Assembly (NCBI GenBank): GCA_963769285.1
Contig: CAVYLE010000007.1
Location: 270,709-334,708 of the forward strand
Reading direction: 5' to 3'
Origin: an uncultured Verrucomicrobiae bacterium
Lineage (GTDB): Bacteria; Verrucomicrobiota; Verrucomicrobiia; Limisphaerales; UBA11358
Length of the DNA: 64,000 bases
The position numbers were made by a program, and so were the translations under genes. The notes under the pieces were generated by a model. It was not told the DNA's origin and did not search any database. It saw only the letters and a program-made list of their open reading frames with translations. Of the stretch, positions 58,499 through 64,000 are shown piece by piece (within the stretch, counting starts at the first letter, position 1; each line of letters begins with the position of its first letter).

Positions 58499-59638
58499 TC
58501 ATTTCAAGCTTCCGGCCAGACGCTTGACGAGCAGTTGGTCACAACGGTCGCGGGAAATGACCCCCACGCTCTGGTAATCGGGATGATGCGAGTTCTGCAG
58601 GTCCACAATCACCCACTCGCCCTTTCGATCACACACCACGAAATGCACAAATCCCTGCTCCGAGTTTTGCGGATTGAAAACGTAGTCCGCGTAAAGCGCG
58701 TAGTCGGCGGCGGGCGGATTGGTCCGGACAAAATCCCGGAACTCACGCGCCAGATTCCACAGGGCCTTCATTTCATTGGGATCCGCCTGAGAAGCTTTGA
58801 GCAACACGGATTGCTTTGCAGCCACTGCCTTGCACAGTCCTGCATCGTTGATCATTTTAGCCAGGTCGGCGGCGCTCGCTTTGTCAACCGCATTGCCGCC
58901 AATCCGCGCCGGATAAACCAGCAGTGTCGCGCCGGGCAGCGCTTGTTTCATCGCCTGCTGGCGTTCGGGCAGGGCCGCCCGTTCATTTTCGGGCGGCAGG
59001 CCGCTCCGCTGATCCAAGAGGGCCGCCAGCTTGCCCGGTTTGGCCGCCTTGGCCGTTTCAGCGTTGAGGCCGAGCTGCGGACTCAGCCGTTCGACGAGCA
59101 GAACGGACATCGTCATCGGATCCCGTTCTCCCATTTTTTTGAACGCTTCGTCCTGCGGCGTCTGACGGTCCGTCCAGATGACCACGCCAGCTTGATCCAC
59201 AACCACCGCGCGCAGTTCGTTCAACCCGGTTTGATGGTTGCCATTGTATTCGGCATAAAGGGCGTAGCCGGTTGTGATTGGATTGGTCTTCACAAAGGCA
59301 CCAACGGCGGTGGCCAAACTTTCCAAATTCGTTTCAGCGGGTGTGAATGAAGTTTTCCCAAGTTCGATGTTTTTCAATCCCTGCTGCTCGAGCAGCACGC
59401 CCACCACCTCGGTCACGCGATCCCAAGGTTTGCCCGCCAGGCGCACGGGCAGGATGGTCAGCGAGGCGTCCGGCCCCTTGGACTTCATCAACTCCAACTG
59501 CTTCTGCTGCCCCGGCGCCATGCCGGCTTGTGGCTCGGCGGCAACCGGGAAACGACTGACACATACCGCGAGCAGGGCCATTGACAACGGCATGGCCACC
59601 GCGCGGAACGAACTGTTTGTTTTGATTGGATTTTTCAT
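58499..59638 (-). CDS. Secreted protein made of two homologous ~170-aa domains, function unknown
   Basis: Signal peptide (AVAMPLSMALLAVCVSRFPVAA). The two halves align: ...FVKTNPITTGYALYAEYNGN...LRAVVVDQAGVVIWTD versus ...FVRTNPPAADYALYADYVFN...VHFVVCDRKGEWVIVD. There is a 4-nt overlap with the upstream gene. Confidence 0.7.
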   Translation of the reverse strand: MKNPIKTNSSFRAVAMPLSMALLAVCVSRFPVAAEPQAGMAPGQQKQLELMKSKGPDASLTILPVRLAGKPWDRVTEVVGVLLEQQGLKNIELGKTSFTPAETNLESLATAVGAFVKTNPITTGYALYAEYNGNHQTGLNELRAVVVDQAGVVIWTDRQTPQDEAFKKMGERDPMTMSVLLVERLSPQLGLNAETAKAAKPGKLAALLDQRSGLPPENERAALPERQQAMKQALPGATLLVYPARIGGNAVDKASAADLAKMINDAGLCKAVAAKQSVLLKASQADPNEMKALWNLAREFRDFVRTNPPAADYALYADYVFNPQNSEQGFVHFVVCDRKGEWVIVDLQNSHHPDYQSVGVISRDRCDQLLVKRLAGSLK

Positions 59639-60876
59639 GCTTTTTCTCCTGTGGTTTGCGATTTGATTTGTTTCATCAAGGTGCGGCGTTTCTTCTCCAG
59701 ATAAACGCCGAAGACAATCAGGAACACGCCCGACACAACGAACATCAGGCCCGTCATCGCCATCGTGCCAAACAGGCCAAAATATGCCGAGATGATGTCC
59801 AGCCCGATGAACGCCACGCCGAGGTTGACGATGAAGCGCGAACGCAGTTGCAGGCCGGCCTGGATTTGCAGCAGGCAGAAAACAAACAACGCGAGACTCG
59901 CCACGGCGTTGACGGCGTCAAATCTGCCTGACCCAAACCAATGCCGCTCGCGCGGCGCGAAAAACGCCGCGCACAGCAGGCCCGCCACGACGGCCAGCGC
60001 ACCGGCCCAGGTGAAACGCCATTGCCGCGTCAGCCCCGGCAGGTTGCGGATGCCCGCCGCCGTCGTGACGACGGCCAGCGCCGCCAGCGCGGGCAGCAAC
60101 CAGCGGCATAAATTGGCGTCAGCGTGCGACCAGCTTAAAAAGCCGGCCCACGTCAGCGGATAAGCAAAGAACAGCAGCCCGAACGCGCCGATTTTTTCCG
60201 CGTCGGGCGCGAAGCCGGCAAACGACGTTCGCCGCAGCAGATAACCCACGCCAAGAAAATTCAAGCCGAGCAGCGCGTAAGCGAGCACCTGCGATTCGTT
60301 GCTGAAATAAATCAAGCTGTCACGCTCGTTGATTTCGCAGCCGAACCAGATGGAAAAGGCGGCGAGGAACAAAACGAACTGCGCCGGCGAGCGCAGCAGC
60401 CACGGCAGCGCGGCGATGCCAAGCATCCAGAGCAGAAAGGCGTTCGGCGTGCGGCTTTCGAGGTGATAAATCTGGCCGACGAGCGCGATGTTGGCGAGGA
60501 ACAGCGCAGAACCGAGAAATTGCAGCGCCTCGCCGGTCTTCCGGTATTTGCCTCGTGGCTGCGACGCCCCCGTCGCAGAAGATGCCGGCGACGAGGCGTC
60601 GCCTCCACCTTCTCGCAACCACCAGCCGAAGCCGTGCGCGCCGAGCATGAGCACAAGGCCAGCGGCGATTTTCACGCCGCGCGGGATGTCGTTCCAGTGC
60701 GCGGAGATGAGCAGCACGATGCCCGCCGCAATCAGCACCGCGCCGATGAAGGAAATGATGACGAGAAATTTGCCGCCTTCGTCCTCCTTGAGCTGGAAGT
60801 GTTCGACGATTTTCTGCCGCTGCTCATCGGTGATAAGCCCGGCCTCGTGAAGTTTTTGGATGTCAGCGTATTTCAT
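59635..60876 (-). CDS. DUF2157-like polytopic membrane protein
   Basis: Soluble N-terminal helix MKYADIQKLHEAGLITDEQRQKIVEHF followed by about 10 TM helices. This is the typical partner of GDYXXLXY proteins. Confidence 0.72.
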   Translation of the reverse strand: MKYADIQKLHEAGLITDEQRQKIVEHFQLKEDEGGKFLVIISFIGAVLIAAGIVLLISAHWNDIPRGVKIAAGLVLMLGAHGFGWWLREGGGDASSPASSATGASQPRGKYRKTGEALQFLGSALFLANIALVGQIYHLESRTPNAFLLWMLGIAALPWLLRSPAQFVLFLAAFSIWFGCEINERDSLIYFSNESQVLAYALLGLNFLGVGYLLRRTSFAGFAPDAEKIGAFGLLFFAYPLTWAGFLSWSHADANLCRWLLPALAALAVVTTAAGIRNLPGLTRQWRFTWAGALAVVAGLLCAAFFAPRERHWFGSGRFDAVNAVASLALFVFCLLQIQAGLQLRSRFIVNLGVAFIGLDIISAYFGLFGTMAMTGLMFVVSGVFLIVFGVYLEKKRRTLMKQIKSQTTGEKA

Positions 60877-61485
60877 GATTTACCCAAGAGATGACTGGTT
60901 TTCGCTCCAAACGGACCAGGAATCAATCCCCGATTTCGCGCCGGTTTTCCCAGGTGCCGCGAGGCCGGGCCGCCGCCAGCCATCCGTCACTCAACGGCAG
61001 GCCAAACGCCACCAACACCAGGCCGAGCCGCGTCATGCCCGTAAATTTGACCGCGGCTTTCAAGTTCAAAAGTGCCAACCAGGCGGAATATTGTTTTGGT
61101 TTCATGGCTATGGTTTTAACTCAATTCAGCCGGCCGGTGTTAATTGATAAAATTTCGACGGACATCGTCTGGGTAAATGTCCGTCGGACCGGCAGCTAAA
61201 CGATTGCCGCCACCGGATTCCGGCGCACAATCCCGTGCGGGATGATCTCGCAGAAACGCGCTTTCCACGATTTCGCTGGCTTCGCCGCCCAACTCAAAGG
61301 CGACGAAAAAAGCGAGGCGCAAACGTTCGTTTCAAGGCTAACAGCGTATCTGAAAATGTAGCGGCAGCCATCTTGGCTGCCAGTGAAGGCGGCATCCTGC
61401 CGCCAGTTTCCGGCCAGTTACGCGGCTGGAAGCCGCTTTCACTGGCAGGCTGGGAAGCGCCTGCCTCCACATTTTCAGACAGGCT

Positions 61486-64000
61486 CTAAGGCGAGCGGAG
61501 GCGGTAGAAACGACCGGGATAATTCGTCCACTGCGGATCGCTGAAACAGGCCGAGCCGCTGGTGAGCGTGTTGGTTCCCACCGGAAGCCACACCGGGTTG
61601 GCCAGATTCGTGCAGGCTTCCACCACAACGACCTGGCTGCTGAACCCGGTGAGGTTGAAGCCGAATTGATTCGCCTGCACGCCAAGCCCGGTCGGGCTGA
61701 TTTGCGGCGGCGGATTCCACTGCACCACCGGACGGGTGCCATACCACGAACTCCAGCCGGTGGCGACCGGCAGGCAATAGACGGTCGCATTGTAGTCATA
61801 GAGGAATACATACGAATCACCGCCGCTGGGGGCGTTCCCCATGAAATAGGCGCCCGTCAGGCTCGTGCAATAATAGAACGCATAGGCTCCGATGCTGGCG
61901 ACGCTGGCGGGGAACGTGACGCTGGTCAGGCTGGTGCAGTCTTCGAACGCCTCTTCCCCGATGTTGGTAACGCTGTTGCCGATGATGAGGTTGGTCAGGC
62001 TTGTGCAGCTTTCGAACGCCCCGTATCCGATGCTGGTGATACTGTTGGGGATCGTCACGCTGGCCAGGGGGCAGCCATAGAACGCCTGGTCCCCGATGCT
62101 GATGACACTGTTGCCGATGATGAGGTTGGTCAGGCTGCTGTCGGAAATGAACGCCGCCTCTGGGATGCTGGTGACGCCGTTGCCAATCATGACATTGGTC
62201 AGGCTGTAGCAACTGGCGAATGCCCCGATGCCGAGGGAGATGACGTTGTCGAGGATCGTGACGCGGGCCAGGTTCTTGGAGTAAAAGAACGCATCGTCCC
62301 CGATGTTGGTGACGGTGGCGGGGATCGTGTAACTGCCGCCGACACCGCCCGGAAATTGAATCAAGGTGGTTTGGCCCGCGTTAAACAAAACCCCGTTCAG
62401 GCTGCTATAGACGGGATTTGAGTGATCCACATTGATCGTAATCAGGCTGGTGCAGTAAAAGAACGCCTGGCTGCCGATGTTGGTGACACTGGCGGGGATC
62501 ATGACGTTGGTCAGGCTGCTGTCGGCATAGAACGCCTGGTTGCCGATGCTGGTGACATGGCCGGGGATCGTCACGCTGGCCAGGCTCGTGCACTCTTCGA
62601 ACGCACCGTATCCCAAGCTGGTGACGCCGCTGCCAATGGTGACGTTGGCCAGGCTGCTGCAGCCAAAGAACTCATCGTTTCCAATGCTGGCAACATTGTT
62701 GTCAATGGTGAGGCTGGTCAGGTTCGTGCAATAATTGAACGCCCCGTTTTCGATGCTGGTGACGCTGTCTGGAATGATGTAGCTCCCGGCCTTGCCCGCC
62801 GGATATTCAAGGAGCGTGGTCTGGCTTTTGTTGAACAGCACCCCGTTTGGACTGCAAAAGTAGAGATTGGCGGGATCCACTGCGATGTTGGTCAGGCTGC
62901 TGCAGTCATAGAACGCATCGTCTCCGATGGAGTTAACATTCTTGGGGATCGCGATGGTGGTCAGACCGCTACAGTCCCAGAACGCATCGAACCCAATGTA
63001 ACCGACTTTGCTGCCCATCGTGACATTGGTCAGGCCGGTGCAATAACTGAACGCATAGCCCCCGATGCTGGTGACGCTGTTGGGGATCACGACGGTGGTC
63101 AGGCCGGTGCAGTCGTCGAATGCATCCCACCCGATGCTGTTGACATTGTTGCCCATCGTGACATTGGTGAGGCCGTAGCAGTCTTCGAATGCATAGTCCC
63201 CGATGCTCGTGACGCTGTCGGGAATCGTATAATCGCCTTCCGGATTGCCCGCCGGGAATTGGACGAGCAGGGTCTGCCCCTGATTGAATAAGACGCCATC
63301 CACACTGCTGTAGAAAGAGTTGAGCGCAGCCACCGTGAAAGCGGCCAGACTGCTGCAGCCATAGAACGCATAGTCTCCGATGCTGGTGACATTATTGCCA
63401 ATCGTGGCATTGGTCAGGTCGTAGCACTCTTCGAACGCATCGTATCCGATGCTGGTGACATTGTTGCCGAGCATGATGCCGGTCAGATTGTAGCAGTAAT
63501 CGAACGCATAGTTCCCGATGTTGGTGACACTGCTTGGAATCGTCACGCTGGTCAGGCTGCTGTCCTCGAACGCGGAGTCCCCGATGCTGACGACCGGCAG
63601 GCCCGTGATCGTGCCGGGGATGCCGATGTCGCCGCCGGGGCCGCTGTAGCCGGTGATGATGATCGCGCTGTTAATGGTCGTGTAAGTGAAGTCCCCGGCC
63701 GGGGCCGGCGGGTTCTGCAACTCCGCCAGCAGACCGTCAAAGGACGAACTCCATCCTGCCGTGCCCGGCAGATAATAGATGGTCGCACGGTTGTCGCCGG
63801 CGAACACCGTCAAATCAGCGCCGGGAGCGTCGCCCAGAAAATAGATTCCCGTCAGGTTGGTGCAGCCGGCGAACGCGGAACTGCCGACGCTGGTGACGCC
63901 GGCGGGGATGGTGATGCTGGTGAGGCTGGTGTTGTTCTGGAACGCCCCGTTCGCGATGCTGGTAACCGTCAGGCCGTCAATCATGTCCGGGATGGTCGCG
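61486..64000 (-). CDS. BspA-type leucine-rich-repeat (LRR_5) surface protein, 5'-partial (continues past the window end)
   Basis: Dozens of ~23-aa units (IPxSVTSIGxxAFxxCxSLTxVT). There is no stop between 63984 and the window edge in frame. The C-terminal ~110 aa is a non-repeat domain. Confidence 0.85.
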   Translation of the reverse strand, partial: ATIPDMIDGLTVTSIANGAFQNNTSLTSITIPAGVTSVGSSAFAGCTNLTGIYFLGDAPGADLTVFAGDNRATIYYLPGTAGWSSSFDGLLAELQNPPAPAGDFTYTTINSAIIITGYSGPGGDIGIPGTITGLPVVSIGDSAFEDSSLTSVTIPSSVTNIGNYAFDYCYNLTGIMLGNNVTSIGYDAFEECYDLTNATIGNNVTSIGDYAFYGCSSLAAFTVAALNSFYSSVDGVLFNQGQTLLVQFPAGNPEGDYTIPDSVTSIGDYAFEDCYGLTNVTMGNNVNSIGWDAFDDCTGLTTVVIPNSVTSIGGYAFSYCTGLTNVTMGSKVGYIGFDAFWDCSGLTTIAIPKNVNSIGDDAFYDCSSLTNIAVDPANLYFCSPNGVLFNKSQTTLLEYPAGKAGSYIIPDSVTSIENGAFNYCTNLTSLTIDNNVASIGNDEFFGCSSLANVTIGSGVTSLGYGAFEECTSLASVTIPGHVTSIGNQAFYADSSLTNVMIPASVTNIGSQAFFYCTSLITINVDHSNPVYSSLNGVLFNAGQTTLIQFPGGVGGSYTIPATVTNIGDDAFFYSKNLARVTILDNVISLGIGAFASCYSLTNVMIGNGVTSIPEAAFISDSSLTNLIIGNSVISIGDQAFYGCPLASVTIPNSITSIGYGAFESCTSLTNLIIGNSVTNIGEEAFEDCTSLTSVTFPASVASIGAYAFYYCTSLTGAYFMGNAPSGGDSYVFLYDYNATVYCLPVATGWSSWYGTRPVVQWNPPPQISPTGLGVQANQFGFNLTGFSSQVVVVEACTNLANPVWLPVGTNTLTSGSACFSDPQWTNYPGRFYRLRSP

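Noticed and set aside
61486-63984. Periodic ~69-nt repeats suggestive of a repeat array, or of a diversity-generating retroelement target
   Set aside because: They encode in-frame BspA-type LRR units. There is no reverse transcriptase, template repeat or adenine-specific mismatch pattern anywhere in the window.

Overview
High-GC bacterial chromosomal segment. By inference it comes from a Verrucomicrobiota/Planctomycetota-type genome: it has a PEP-CTERM protein, an ECF sigma factor next to a Ser/Thr kinase, many TMTC/DUF1736-like TPR membrane-protein paralogs, and several families of short palindromic repeats. Everything here was read by eye from the sequence and ORF track. No searches were run, and repeat coordinates are approximate (about +/-5 nt).

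Layout:
- 0-11.7 kb: mostly intact housekeeping or envelope genes (HtrA-like protease, FG-GAP protein, YjbQ, TPR/coiled-coil protein, HNH endonuclease, RelE-like toxin).
- 11.8-19.6 kb: four tandem minus-strand TMTC-like/TPR paralogs, all broken into many reading-frame fragments.
- 20.06-29.2 kb: an accessory-looking segment starting at tRNA-Glu(CUC). It holds four type II toxin-antitoxin pairs, two of them bracketed by direct copies of palindromic repeats. It also holds a low-GC PEP-CTERM gene pair and two decayed housekeeping genes (Zn-ADH, RluA-type pseudouridine synthase) with repeat insertions.
- 29.3-33.8 kb: two more TMTC-like paralogs on the plus strand.
- 34-42.6 kb: a membrane-lipid cluster (LplT-PlsC-Aas fusion, PlsC-like acyltransferase, PAP2/SMS-like protein) split by an IS1380-family element.
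- 43-53 kb: REC-Hpt-REC regulator, tarD-like/dctA pair, frameshifted lipoprotein, Ser/Thr kinase with a polytopic membrane domain, ECF sigma factor.
- 53.5-57.5 kb: a visibly lower-GC two-gene operon encoding a PHP-domain + SMC-like ABC ATPase (901 aa) and an AlbA_2/Schlafen-like + HATPase_c_4 protein.
- 57.9-64 kb: a GDYXXLXY/DUF2157-type operon and a partial BspA-type LRR protein.

The 53.5-57.5 kb operon is my best candidate for a poorly described or undescribed defence module. The main caveat is that frame disruptions cluster strongly in 11.8-31.2 kb, and this could be real gene decay or an assembly/polishing artefact in repeated DNA.
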